Assembly: GCA_017656255.1 (NCBI GenBank) | Contig: JACDOE010000002.1 | Coordinates: 4,033 to 68,032, forward strand | Direction of reading: 5' to 3' | Length of the DNA: 64,000 nucleotides | DNA from: Bacillaceae bacterium | Lineage (GTDB): Bacteria; Bacillota; Bacilli; JACDOE01 | In this document: piece by piece, positions 27,274 through 37,143 of the stretch | Layout: every line of letters starts with the position of its first letter | How positions within the stretch are numbered: position 1 is the first letter of the stretch | Made by a program: the position numbers and the translations under genes | The notes under the pieces: model-generated | What the model was told of the DNA's origin: nothing | The model's database searches: none | Seen by the model: only the letters and a program-made list of their open reading frames with translations

Positions 27274-28272
27274 ATGACGGAACCATCGATCTATATCGGC
27301 ATTGATCTGGGTGGCACATCGATCAAAATGGGACTGGTGGACCAGCAGGGCCACCTGATTGACTGGACGGAAGCGCCCACCCGCGCCCGGGAGGGATACC
27401 ACAAAGTCAGTGAGACCATGCACGCCATGGCCGGTAACCTGTTACATCATCACGGGTATGCCTGGCATGATTGCGTTGGAGTCGGCATCGGCGTTCCCGG
27501 GTTTCTGGATTTGCCAAACGGCATCATCGTAGAATCAGTCAATCTGGGCTGGAAAAACATCGATCTGAAAAAACATCTGGCGCAAACGTGGCGCGTGCCG
27601 GTTGAACTGGACAACGATGCGAATGTGGCAGCCCTCGGGGAAATGTGGTGCGGTGCCGGCAGGGATATATCCGACATGCTCTGCCTGACCATTGGCACCG
27701 GGATTGGCGGCGGCGTCATCATCAACCGGGATATCTATCATGGTGCCAACGGGATGGCCGGTGAGATTGGCCATGTCCGCGTGAAAGAGCGGAACGCCAG
27801 AACCTGTAACTGTGGCAGAAAAGGGTGTCTGGAAACGGAAGCCTCGGCCACCGCCATTGAACAAAACGCACTGGAAAGAGCGCAACAGCAACCTGCAGGC
27901 AAACTGAAAGAGATCTACGAATCATCAGGGACCATCACCGCGAAACAGGTCATCGAACTCGCCCGGCAGGGAGACGCAGACAGCCGCCAAATCATAGAGG
28001 ATGTCGGTCAGGTTCTCGGCCGATTTCTCGCTGAAATGAGTTATCTGCTGAACCCGGAACTCATCGTTGTGGGTGGCGGTGTTTCCCATGCAGAGGATGT
28101 GCTTTTTCAGCCCTTGATCACCACTTTTAAAGCATCGGCCCTCCCCAGACTGACCGAAAAAACATCCGTCGTCCGGGCACAGCTGGGCAATCGGGCGGGC
28201 ATGATTGGAGCGGCCTGGCTCATTCATCGAAAACACACGGAAAGTAGCCTGAGGGGGAGGATGAACCCTTGA
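27274..28272 (+). CDS. glcK: ROK-family glucokinase
   Basis: IGIDLGGTSIK ATP-binding motif and CNCGRKGCLE Zn motif. No HTH. Confidence 0.8.
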   Translation: MTEPSIYIGIDLGGTSIKMGLVDQQGHLIDWTEAPTRAREGYHKVSETMHAMAGNLLHHHGYAWHDCVGVGIGVPGFLDLPNGIIVESVNLGWKNIDLKKHLAQTWRVPVELDNDANVAALGEMWCGAGRDISDMLCLTIGTGIGGGVIINRDIYHGANGMAGEIGHVRVKERNARTCNCGRKGCLETEASATAIEQNALERAQQQPAGKLKEIYESSGTITAKQVIELARQGDADSRQIIEDVGQVLGRFLAEMSYLLNPELIVVGGGVSHAEDVLFQPLITTFKASALPRLTEKTSVVRAQLGNRAGMIGAAWLIHRKHTESSLRGRMNP

Positions 28273-28506
28273 AATCACTCAATAAAATAGCTGTTTTAAC
28301 CAGTGGTGGAGATGCCCCGGGAGGGTTGCTTAATTCTAGATTAGTAGTTACACAGGGGCTGCTTTCTGAGCAATACATTTGCTGTAGAGAGTTTAAAGTA
28401 TTATGAATTTTATATAATGGTAAAGTGAAAGAGATGTATATAATCTTGAGGTCTTAAAAGTTTCTGTTCGATGATTACCATAACCTGTTTGAAGGGAAGT
28501 GTTGCA

Positions 28507-29079
28507 TTGAATTACTTATTCGAAACAGAAGAAAAGGATAGGGAAATTTCATTTCCTGAATTGATCAAAGAAAAGCCTGTGCTATTGGTGTTATTACGGC
28601 ATTTAGGATGACCCATCTGTCGGAATTTCCTCGCGCAGTTGCGTGAGAATGCAGATACCATTCAAAATAAAGGGCTTTCCATTGTCGCAGTTGTTCCAAC
28701 AGATTCAGATCAAATAAGACAGTTTTTACAAGTCTATGGGCCCTACCCGTTCCAAATATTAGGCGATCCCAATCTCAATGCTTATAAGGATCTTTCGCTC
28801 AGGCGAGTATCGATTGGAAGATCTCTTAAAATCATCACGCAGTATATTTTTTCTGGAAGAATACGAGAAATTTTCCCCAGAGATCCTGAACAGATGAAAA
28901 TCGTGAAAAAAGCATTATCGAGTCAGGATGTATATCAGCTAGGAGGGACCTGGTTGATAGAAACTACCGGAGAGATTCTCTGGCAACATATTGATTCTGA
29001 CCCCTCTGACCATGCTACTATTCCAACCATTTTATCAGTTTTAAATGAACTTAATGGAGAAGATTCATCTATCAGGTGA
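28507..29079 (+). CDS. Peroxiredoxin-like (AhpC/TSA_2-type thioredoxin-fold) protein with an in-frame TGA at the first Cys of the CxxC motif; candidate selenoprotein (UxxC) or pseudogene
   Basis: TTG start at 28507 after RBS GAAGGGAAG. Reads ...PVLLVLLRHLG-[TGA 28609..28611]-PICRNFLAQLRE.... The family motif is RHxGCxxCR. A 6-bp hairpin CUCGCG-CAGUUG-CGUGAG lies 18 nt downstream of the UGA. The track's ORF at 28639..29079 is the post-TGA part. Confidence 0.45.
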
Positions 29080-29113
29080 TCTATTGCATAACAAATGTAA
29101 CAACCCCGTTAAG

Positions 29114-29143
29114 AGGCCGTTCACCCTGCACCGGCCTTTTTTT
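29114..29143 (+). terminator. Rho-independent terminator
   Basis: AGGCCG-loop-CGGCCT followed by a T7 run. Confidence 0.7.
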
Positions 29144-29165
29144 CATGATTTTGTGTAAAAAGGGA

Positions 29166-29193
29166 TTGACTTTACGGCCATATTTTATATAAT
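29166..29193 (+). promoter_or_regulatory. SigA-type promoter of the cggR-gap operon
   Basis: TTGACT -35 box, 16-nt spacer, TATAAT -10 box. Confidence 0.55.
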
Positions 29194-29266
29194 ACCTGCA
29201 AAGCGGGATGAAAAATAATTATCGGGACACAAAACGTCCCGAACAAGAAACAGGTGGTCTTAATCG

Positions 29267-30295
29267 ATGAAACAAATTTGGCACGTCCTGGACAGCGTTC
29301 ACCCCGAACTGGTGGCCGAAGTGAGGAAAAGGCATGACGTTCTGCGGTACATTCATTTGCTTCAGCCGGTGGGAAGACGCAATCTCACCACACACCTGCA
29401 ACTGACGGAAAGAACGATACGGACGGAAATGGAATCCCTTCAGGAACTCGGGCTCATCTCATCCAACAACAGAGGCATGTCGCTCACCAGAAAAGGATTT
29501 CACATTTTGCAGCAACTGGATGCCTATCTCAGAGATAGCTCGGATCTGGGCAGCCTGGCCGCGGAGCTGGAAGAACGACTGGCCATTGAAGAAGTCATTG
29601 TCGTGGCGGGCGATTCGGAACAAGATCCGCTGGTCAAAAAGGAAATGGGACGTCAGGCGGCCCTGAAGCTGGTCTCCCTTTTTGAACATGCCAGCGTGGT
29701 TTCCCTCACCGGGGGTACTTCCGTCGCCAGTGTCGCCGAATTGATGCCCTCCCTGCAGGAGTTTCCCGATCTTCTATTTCTGCCGGCCAGGGGCGGGCTG
29801 GGACAGAAGATGGAAACCCAGGCCAACACACTGGTTTCCATGATGGCGGAGAAAGCGGGCGGCCGATACCGGCTGTTGCATCTCCCCGATCATTTGAGCG
29901 AAGCCTCCTATCAATCCCTGAAAAAGGAGCCGCAAATCAAAGAATATTTAAACCTGATCGCCGAATCGGACATCATTGTCCACGGCATCGGCGACGCCCT
30001 CAACATGGCGGAAAAAAGGCAGATGGATGACAGCATCCTTCAATTATTACAGCAGGAAAAAGCCGTGGGCGAAGCGTTCGGCTATTACTTCAATCAGCAG
30101 GGGGATGTGGTTTATAAAATGCCCAATATCGGGATTCAACTGGATCAGGTGCGAAACGCGTCTTATGTCTTGGCGGTGGCCGGAGGTGCCTCCAAGGCGA
30201 AGGCGATTGCAGCTGTGGCCAAGCAACAATTGCAGCAGGTCCTGGTGACAGATCAGGCGGCAGCGGAACGTCTGTTAGGAGAAACGCGCAGGTAA
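29267..30295 (+). CDS. cggR: Central glycolytic genes regulator CggR (SorC/DeoR family)
   Basis: 342 aa with an N-terminal HTH and a SorC sugar-binding domain. Lies immediately upstream of gap. Confidence 0.85.
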   Translation: MKQIWHVLDSVHPELVAEVRKRHDVLRYIHLLQPVGRRNLTTHLQLTERTIRTEMESLQELGLISSNNRGMSLTRKGFHILQQLDAYLRDSSDLGSLAAELEERLAIEEVIVVAGDSEQDPLVKKEMGRQAALKLVSLFEHASVVSLTGGTSVASVAELMPSLQEFPDLLFLPARGGLGQKMETQANTLVSMMAEKAGGRYRLLHLPDHLSEASYQSLKKEPQIKEYLNLIAESDIIVHGIGDALNMAEKRQMDDSILQLLQQEKAVGEAFGYYFNQQGDVVYKMPNIGIQLDQVRNASYVLAVAGGASKAKAIAAVAKQQLQQVLVTDQAAAERLLGETRR

Positions 30296-30329
30296 TCCTG
30301 TTTTTTTACGATAAAAGGAGGTATGAAAC

Positions 30330-31400
30330 ATGATGAGAGTTGGAATTAACGGGTTTGGAAGGATCGGACGCAATGTGCTGAGGGCCGCAATGATGAGTGA
30401 CGCTGACATCGAAATCGTGGCGATTAATGACCTGACCGATGCGGATATGCTGGCTCATTTGCTCAAATATGATTCGGTACACGGTCGGTTTCAGGGGGAG
30501 GTAACGGCGGAGGATAACCGGCTTATCGTCAACGGCAGGCCCATTCACGTTTTTGCCGAGAAAGACCCGGCGGATATCCCCTGGGGAGAGATGGATGTGG
30601 ATATCGTGATTGAATCCACCGGCCGTTTTCGCCGGAAAGAAGATGTCGAGAAGCATCTGATGGCCGGCGCGAGAAGGGTGATTATTTCCGCACCGGCGAA
30701 AAATGAGGATATCACCATCGTCATGGGGGTTAACGAGGACCGGTTTGATCCGGATCAGCATTTCATCGTGTCCAATGCCTCCTGTACCACCAACTGCCTC
30801 GCCCCGGTGGCAAAGGTCCTGAACGAACAGTTCGGCCTGAAAAGAGGGATGATGACCACCGTCCATGCCTACACCAACGATCAGCAAATCCTTGATCTGC
30901 CCCATTCCGACTATCGGCGGGCCCGGGCAGCCGGCCAGTCTATCATTCCCACTACCACCGGAGCGGCCGAAGCGGTATCGCTGGTTCTGCCCGAACTGGA
31001 AGGAAAACTGAGCGGGATGGCGATGCGTGTGCCGGTCCCCAATGTGTCGGTGGTCGATCTGGTCGCCGAACTGGAACGGCCGGTGACAGCGGATGAAGTG
31101 AATGAAGCCTTCAAACAGGCGTCTGAAGGCCCGATGCATGGCATAATGAGCTGCAGTGACGAACCGCTGGTATCGCGGGACTTCCTCGGAAATCCGCATT
31201 CCTCCATTGTGGATCTGTTATCGACAAAGGTGATGGATGATGCCTTGATCAAAGTGGTGTCCTGGTATGATAATGAGTGGGGATATTCCAACCGGATTGT
31301 CGATTTGATTCAGTACATCGGAGAAACCGAAAAGTCAGATGACAGGAGGGGGACTGACCGTGAATTCGCTGCGGGTACAACCGGAGGCCGTCATCTTTGA
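30330..31400 (+). CDS. gapA: Glyceraldehyde-3-phosphate dehydrogenase, with about 20-aa C-terminal extension
   Basis: NGFGRIGR Rossmann motif, the catalytic [12 protein letters not shown], and [11 protein letters not shown]. Confidence 0.85.
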   Translation: MMRVGINGFGRIGRNVLRAAMMSDADIEIVAINDLTDADMLAHLLKYDSVHGRFQGEVTAEDNRLIVNGRPIHVFAEKDPADIPWGEMDVDIVIESTGRFRRKEDVEKHLMAGARRVIISAPAKNEDITIVMGVNEDRFDPDQHFIVSNASCTTNCLAPVAKVLNEQFGLKRGMMTTVHAYTNDQQILDLPHSDYRRARAAGQSIIPTTTGAAEAVSLVLPELEGKLSGMAMRVPVPNVSVVDLVAELERPVTADEVNEAFKQASEGPMHGIMSCSDEPLVSRDFLGNPHSSIVDLLSTKVMDDALIKVVSWYDNEWGYSNRIVDLIQYIGETEKSDDRRGTDREFAAGTTGGRHL

Positions 31401-32046
31401 TCTGGACGGCGTGATGACCGATACAGCTGAATACCATTTTCTCGCCTGGAAGGCGCTCGCTGAAGATCTCGGCATTGCGATTAATCGGGCGTTTAACCAG
31501 CGATTAAAAGGCATCGGCCGCATGGAATCGCTGGAACTGATTCTGGAGCACGCGGGAATGGCGGAACAATTTTCAACGGAAGAAAAAGAAAAATGGGCCG
31601 CTAAGAAAAATGACCATTACAAAAAACTGATCCGCCTGATTACGCCCCGTGATCTTTTACCCGGCATCGAACCGTTCATGAAAGCGATCAAGCAGCACGG
31701 CATCAAAATCGGGCTCGCCTCTGCCAGCCGAAACGCCCTGTCGGTGCTGGAGTCCCTCCAGATAACCGCCTGGTTCGACGGGATCGTGGATGCCGGTAAA
31801 ATCGCCAGAGGCAAACCCGATCCCGAGATTTTTTTAACGGCGGCACAGCTGTTGTCCGTCCGGCCTGACCGGTGCGTGGGCATTGAAGATGCGGTGAGTG
31901 GCATCCGGGCGATCAACCGGGCCGGGATGTTTTCCATCGGGGTGGGAGACACCCGGGTGTTGCACGAAGCCGATTATGTCGTTACCTCAACAGCCGAACT
32001 GGATCTACAGGATGTCATCAGCCGCTTCCACGCCTGGAAAACGTGA
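31360..32046 (+). CDS. pgmB: Beta-phosphoglucomutase (HAD superfamily)
   Basis: [13 protein letters not shown] motif I and KGKPDPEIF motif. GTG start after RBS AGGAGGGGG. Overlaps the gap 3' end by 41 nt. Confidence 0.75.
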   Translation: MNSLRVQPEAVIFDLDGVMTDTAEYHFLAWKALAEDLGIAINRAFNQRLKGIGRMESLELILEHAGMAEQFSTEEKEKWAAKKNDHYKKLIRLITPRDLLPGIEPFMKAIKQHGIKIGLASASRNALSVLESLQITAWFDGIVDAGKIARGKPDPEIFLTAAQLLSVRPDRCVGIEDAVSGIRAINRAGMFSIGVGDTRVLHEADYVVTSTAELDLQDVISRFHAWKT

Positions 32047-34356
32047 TTTTTTTCTGATGTTTAGTTGAACGGGTTTCGTCGCATCCAGTTGATATGGACG
32101 ATCGTACAGGGTGAGTGACAGGCCCTCTCCCCGGACCAGTTTGATCCGAATCTCCTGCTGATTGATCGACACGTGTAACAGACGCCCCAGATACTGAATC
32201 GAGAACGAATAGGCGTTCCATTTTTCTGGAATGGAAGGGGCAAATGAAAGCCCTTTTTCCTTCAGGCGAAGCCCGGCAAACCCCATTACAATCGCCATCC
32301 AGGTGCCTCCCATGTTCGCCAGGTGCAGCCCATCCTTCGTGTTGCCATGGATATTGTCCAGATCCAGCCTCGCCGTTTCCCTGAAATAATCATAGGCTTT
32401 TTCCTGATAGCCCAGCCTAGAGGCCATGATACTGAACACACAGGACGACAGAGACGAATCATGGGTCGTGATTTTTTCATAGTAATCATAGGAATCTTTC
32501 ATCACGGAAAAATCCTGTTCGTCCTCCAGCAGAAAATGGGCCAGTACCGTATCCGCCTGTTTACACACCTGATGGCGATAGAGGGTGAGCGGGTGGTAAT
32601 GCAGGAGCAGCGGATAGCGATCAGCGGGGGTGCCGGCAAAATCCCACACTTTTTTGTTCAGAAAATCATCGTCCTGGGGATTAATATTTCGCTCCGCATC
32701 ATAGGGCAGATACATCTGCGCCGCCGCTTTCAGCCACGCCTCCACTTCTTCCGGATCCAGGCTGATTTTCTCGACAACTCGATGCAGCCGATCGGCATTT
32801 TCCTGCTTCAGCATGGCATACATCTTCGCCGCCCATTTCAGGTTATACTTGGCCATCACGTTGGTGTAATAGTTGTTGTTGACCAGACAGGTGTATTCAT
32901 CGGGACCGGTCACCTCGTGGATGTGAAACTGCCCCTGATGATAATGCCCTAGATCCACCCACAGCCTCGCCGTTTCGAACAGCATCTCCGCCCCGTAATC
33001 ATAGAAAAAGTCCAGATCGCGGGTGGCCAGATAGTACTGCACATAGCTGTAGGCGATATCAGCACTGATGTGATACTGGGCCGTTCCCGCCGGGAAAAAA
33101 GAGGAACATTCCGACCCGGAAATGGTGCGCCAGGGAAACAGGGCCCCCTTTTGGTGTCCCAGTTCCCGGGCGCGGATGCGTGCCTCTTCCAGCGTGGCGT
33201 ACCGGTAGATCAGCAACTGCCTGGCCAGGTCGGGCTGTGAGAACAAAAACACAGGAAACATAAAGATCTCCGTATCCCAGAAGTAATGCCCCTCATAGCC
33301 TTCGCCGGACAACCCCTTGGCCGCAATGTTGGAATACGGGTCTCGCCCGATCGATTGCAGCAAATGATAGAGATTAAAGCGAATCCCTTCCTGTAAAAGG
33401 GCCGCTTCCCTCAGCTCCCGATCACTCTCGATGGTAATGTCGGCCTGCTGCCAGAAATCCCTTAATACCTGCGTCTGTTGTTCCGCCATATCAGGGAAGG
33501 TTACCGATTGGAGACGTGCATGGGCCTGCAGTGCCTGCCGGATAAGGTCCGTTCCATGCCGCAGTGAATCCATATAAATATTTTTCCTGGTCAAAACAAC
33601 CGGTTCGCTCAGGGAAAAGGTGAAAGTAGACACGACGCCGTGGGTTGTTTGCTGACCCGTTCGCTTATGGTCCACAGACAGATCATGGGTGGTGGCACAT
33701 ACTGCCCTTAGTCCGGATCGGCTTGTGGCTGCTTCCACCAGCGCAATCCCCTTTTCCATCCGTACATCCGTAACGGAGAGGAGTTTGCTGACATCCGAAG
33801 CGATGCGGGGATCCTGATCATCCACATAATTGGATACATCCCCGGTGACCGTTGATACGATTTTCACCGTGCCATGAAAATTGACCGGTTCCAGCCGGAC
33901 TTCCTGGATGAACAGTTCCTTTTCCGTCAGGGAGACCAGGCGGCGGAAACGTAACCGGATTTCTTTTCCGGACGGGGAGCGCCAGTGGACGAGGCGTTCT
34001 GTATAGCCTTTGTCAAGATGGAGAAACCGGTCATAGTGCAGGAGGTCTCCGGCAAATAAAGAAAACCATTCTTCCTTCCCATGCTCGATCAGCGCAATCC
34101 GGATGGTCTGGGCATCGATGAGATTGACGATCTTCTGTTTCTGTTCGGGGAAACCGTGGTGTTTTTCACCGTAAGGGATGTCGGCAATGTCATAGAAAGC
34201 ATTTAAATAAGTCCCCCGTATCGTCGCTGCCTGTGCGGGATAGCCTTCTTCAAAATTGCCGCGAACCCCGATGTAGCCGTTCCCTGTAAAAAAGAGACTT
34301 TCTTCATTTAACAAGACTTCGAGATCTGTGCTTTGAGAATGAATCCGCCAGTTCAT
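32005..34356 (-). CDS. Glycoside hydrolase family 65 disaccharide phosphorylase (maltose/kojibiose/trehalose phosphorylase type)
   Basis: 783 aa with the GH65 N-terminal beta-sandwich and (alpha/alpha)6 core. Convergent with pgmB, whose product consumes beta-G1P. Confidence 0.75.
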   Translation of the reverse strand: MNWRIHSQSTDLEVLLNEESLFFTGNGYIGVRGNFEEGYPAQAATIRGTYLNAFYDIADIPYGEKHHGFPEQKQKIVNLIDAQTIRIALIEHGKEEWFSLFAGDLLHYDRFLHLDKGYTERLVHWRSPSGKEIRLRFRRLVSLTEKELFIQEVRLEPVNFHGTVKIVSTVTGDVSNYVDDQDPRIASDVSKLLSVTDVRMEKGIALVEAATSRSGLRAVCATTHDLSVDHKRTGQQTTHGVVSTFTFSLSEPVVLTRKNIYMDSLRHGTDLIRQALQAHARLQSVTFPDMAEQQTQVLRDFWQQADITIESDRELREAALLQEGIRFNLYHLLQSIGRDPYSNIAAKGLSGEGYEGHYFWDTEIFMFPVFLFSQPDLARQLLIYRYATLEEARIRARELGHQKGALFPWRTISGSECSSFFPAGTAQYHISADIAYSYVQYYLATRDLDFFYDYGAEMLFETARLWVDLGHYHQGQFHIHEVTGPDEYTCLVNNNYYTNVMAKYNLKWAAKMYAMLKQENADRLHRVVEKISLDPEEVEAWLKAAAQMYLPYDAERNINPQDDDFLNKKVWDFAGTPADRYPLLLHYHPLTLYRHQVCKQADTVLAHFLLEDEQDFSVMKDSYDYYEKITTHDSSLSSCVFSIMASRLGYQEKAYDYFRETARLDLDNIHGNTKDGLHLANMGGTWMAIVMGFAGLRLKEKGLSFAPSIPEKWNAYSFSIQYLGRLLHVSINQQEIRIKLVRGEGLSLTLYDRPYQLDATKPVQLNIRKKSRFPGVEAADDIL

Positions 34357-34504
34357 CGGCCATACCCCTTTTCGCGTGTATTACAAAAATGATATATTAC
34401 AATTTTTTGATTTTTGTTGAATTGCTATAATTTTCTGTAATATAATATCATTGAAAAGGTTTTCAAACAACATTGATCGACACTTTACTAAAAGGAAGAA
34501 TGCG

Positions 34505-35500
34505 ATGAAGCCCACAATCCGAGATGTTGCCCGGATGGCCAATGTGTCCATCAGCACGGTATCCCGCGTGATGAACGCCCCGGAAACGGTGGTGGAAGAC
34601 AAGCGGGAACGTGTCCTTGAAGCCATCAAAAAACTGCAGTATCAGCCCAATGCCTTTGCCCGCGGACTCATTTACAAGAAGTCCAATACCCTCGGCGTGA
34701 TGATTCCGGATGTGGAGAACCCCTATTATGCCGGTGTATTGAGAGGGATGCAGGATTCCGCGGTGAAACTGGGTTACAGTCTGATGATTTTTAATACCGA
34801 CCGCAACAAGCAGCGAACCGTTGATTATATGCGGCACCTGTATGAAAAACAGGCGGATGGCGTGATCTTCGCCAGTGATGTTTTTCATCAGGAGTACTAT
34901 GAAGCGGCCCGGCATTATCAGATTCCGATTGTGCTTGTTTCCACCAATTCACAGGAATTTGAAGTCCCGTCTGTGGATATTGACGATGAAAAGGCGGCTT
35001 ATGATGCGGTCAAATACCTAATTGAATCCGGTCATCGCAACATCGGAATGATCAGTTTTCCCTTCGATGATTCGATCTCCGGCCTTCCCCGTTACCAGGG
35101 GTTTAAGAAGGCATTGAAAGATTTTGAGCTCGAAGACTGTTTGTCACAGGTGTCTTTTGCCAATCATCGGTTTGAAGAAGCCTATGACGCAACGCAGCAA
35201 CTTTTCTCCCGATTTCCGGATCTGACAGCCATTTTTGCATCTTCAGATGAATTTGCCATGGGTGCCATTACCTACCTGCATGAACACGGCATTGCTGTAC
35301 CTGAACAGGTAGCGGTGATCGGCTTTGACGACATTCGCATGGCACACATGTTTATCCCCAAATTAACCACCATCGCACAGCCTGTCTATGAAATCGGGCA
35401 GCGCTCCGTAGAGAAACTTCACGAATTGATCACACAGGGGAAAGTTAAAAATCTGAGAGAACGTTTGCCACATAAGCTGGTTATCCGTGATTCCACTTGA
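34505..35500 (+). CDS. LacI-family transcriptional regulator
   Basis: N-terminal HTH MKPTIRDVARMANVSISTVSRV and a periplasmic-binding-like sugar domain. RBS AAAGGAAG upstream of the ATG at 34505. Confidence 0.8.
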   Translation: MKPTIRDVARMANVSISTVSRVMNAPETVVEDKRERVLEAIKKLQYQPNAFARGLIYKKSNTLGVMIPDVENPYYAGVLRGMQDSAVKLGYSLMIFNTDRNKQRTVDYMRHLYEKQADGVIFASDVFHQEYYEAARHYQIPIVLVSTNSQEFEVPSVDIDDEKAAYDAVKYLIESGHRNIGMISFPFDDSISGLPRYQGFKKALKDFELEDCLSQVSFANHRFEEAYDATQQLFSRFPDLTAIFASSDEFAMGAITYLHEHGIAVPEQVAVIGFDDIRMAHMFIPKLTTIAQPVYEIGQRSVEKLHELITQGKVKNLRERLPHKLVIRDST

Positions 35501-35666
35501 TAGATAGAGAAACCACTCATTTTGTTTGCTTATCTTTGAAAAGGTTTTCAAAGACAGAATTTTGCGGTCTTAAGGGGGTGTTGCATACATATAATGACTC
35601 TGGACAACGAGAGACAGCCTCAAGATATGGTCTTTGTGAATTGATAAAAGGGGGATGAATGTCTGA

Positions 35667-37067
35667 ATGAAACCAGTGAGAAAAAGTCTTTTAGCCGTTT
35701 TATCGTTCGCTCTGATTTTTGTACTCGCCTTTACGGCCTGCAGTAATCAGGATGAGGCCGTTGATCAGCAACCGGCTGAAAATGAAACGGATCAGCAGGA
35801 GCAGCCGGTGGCAGATGACAGCGAGAATAAGGGAAGTTACCTCGAACGAGCCTATGCTGGCGAGTTTCAGGGCACAAAGGTCTCCGTGTTTGGTCCGTTT
35901 GCCGATGCGGATGAGGTGAAATTTGAACAGAGCATCAAGCCATTTGAAGAAAAAACAGGCATCGATATTCAATATGAGAGCTCCAAGGAATTTGAAGCGA
36001 CCATTTCCATCCGCGTGGAAGGTGGCAATGCGCCGGACATTGCCGATTTTCCTCAGCCCGGTTTGCTTGAGTCCTTTGTTAAAACCGGTAAAGTGATTGA
36101 TGTTCGCACGTTCCTTGACGAGGATTATTTAAAAGAACAATACAACCAGAGCTGGCTTGACATGGCGACCATGGAAGGTCCGGACGGCGACGTGATGGCA
36201 GGCGTCTGGAGCCGAAGCAATCTGAAGAGTCTGGTCTGGTATCCCAAAAATGAATTTGAAGCGGCCGGCTACGAGGTGCCGGAGACCTGGGATGAACTGC
36301 TGGCGCTCTCAGAACAAATTGCAGCCGATGGCGATACACCCTGGGCGATCGGAATAGAAAGCGGTGCGGCAACCGGATGGGTCGCCACCGACTGGGTGGA
36401 AGATATCATGCTGCGAACCACGTCACCCGAGAATTATGATAAATGGGTGAAAGGGGAACTTCCGTTTACGTCGGATATCGTCAAGAATGCGGTTCAGGAA
36501 ATGTCAAAAATCTGGTTAAACGATGATTACGTCTATGGCGGAAGAAAAGCGATCGTCACCACGCCTTTCGGAGATGCCCCTGCACCGATGTTTGACGTGC
36601 CGCCAAAAGCCTGGTTGCACCGGCAGGGTAACTTTATCACCAGCTTCTTCCCGTCCGGTTTAACCCCGGGAGAAGATTATGACTGGTTCTATTTCCCGCC
36701 GATTGATGAGCAGTACGGAAAGCCGGTTCTTGTAGGTGGCGACATTATGGCCATGTTTAACGATCGTCCTGAAGTACGTGCCGTAATGGAATTCTTTACG
36801 ACAGGAGAATCGCTCAAAACCTGGATTCAGTCCGGCGGGACGATTGCCCCGATGAATGATGCCGATCTGGACTGGTATTCCAACGAATCGGATCGTCGCA
36901 TGGCGCAACTGCTTCAGGAGGCCACCACTATTCGATTTGATGGATCTGACCAGATGCCCGGTTCAGTCGGAGCGGGTACCTTCTGGAAGGGGATGACTGA
37001 CTATGTGAGTGGCACCGTTGATCTGGATGAAGCGATGGAAGAAATTCAGGCGGGATTCAATCAATAA
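35667..37067 (+). CDS. Carbohydrate ABC transporter substrate-binding lipoprotein
   Basis: Lipobox LAFTAC. Family-1 extracellular solute-binding protein features. Confidence 0.75.
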   Translation: MKPVRKSLLAVLSFALIFVLAFTACSNQDEAVDQQPAENETDQQEQPVADDSENKGSYLERAYAGEFQGTKVSVFGPFADADEVKFEQSIKPFEEKTGIDIQYESSKEFEATISIRVEGGNAPDIADFPQPGLLESFVKTGKVIDVRTFLDEDYLKEQYNQSWLDMATMEGPDGDVMAGVWSRSNLKSLVWYPKNEFEAAGYEVPETWDELLALSEQIAADGDTPWAIGIESGAATGWVATDWVEDIMLRTTSPENYDKWVKGELPFTSDIVKNAVQEMSKIWLNDDYVYGGRKAIVTTPFGDAPAPMFDVPPKAWLHRQGNFITSFFPSGLTPGEDYDWFYFPPIDEQYGKPVLVGGDIMAMFNDRPEVRAVMEFFTTGESLKTWIQSGGTIAPMNDADLDWYSNESDRRMAQLLQEATTIRFDGSDQMPGSVGAGTFWKGMTDYVSGTVDLDEAMEEIQAGFNQ

Positions 37068-37143
37068 ATCTCAGACGTTCCACCAGGGAAGCCATGATGC
37101 TTCTCTGGTGGAAATGTCTCTTTAAAGTCGGGTAGGGGGTAAA

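Noticed and set aside
30330-31400. Possibility that the long GAPDH C-terminus reflects a frameshift artefact
   Set aside because: The frame is continuous with no compensating second frame, and the downstream gene has its own strong RBS within the overlap. Kept as a real 3' extension but flagged for checking.
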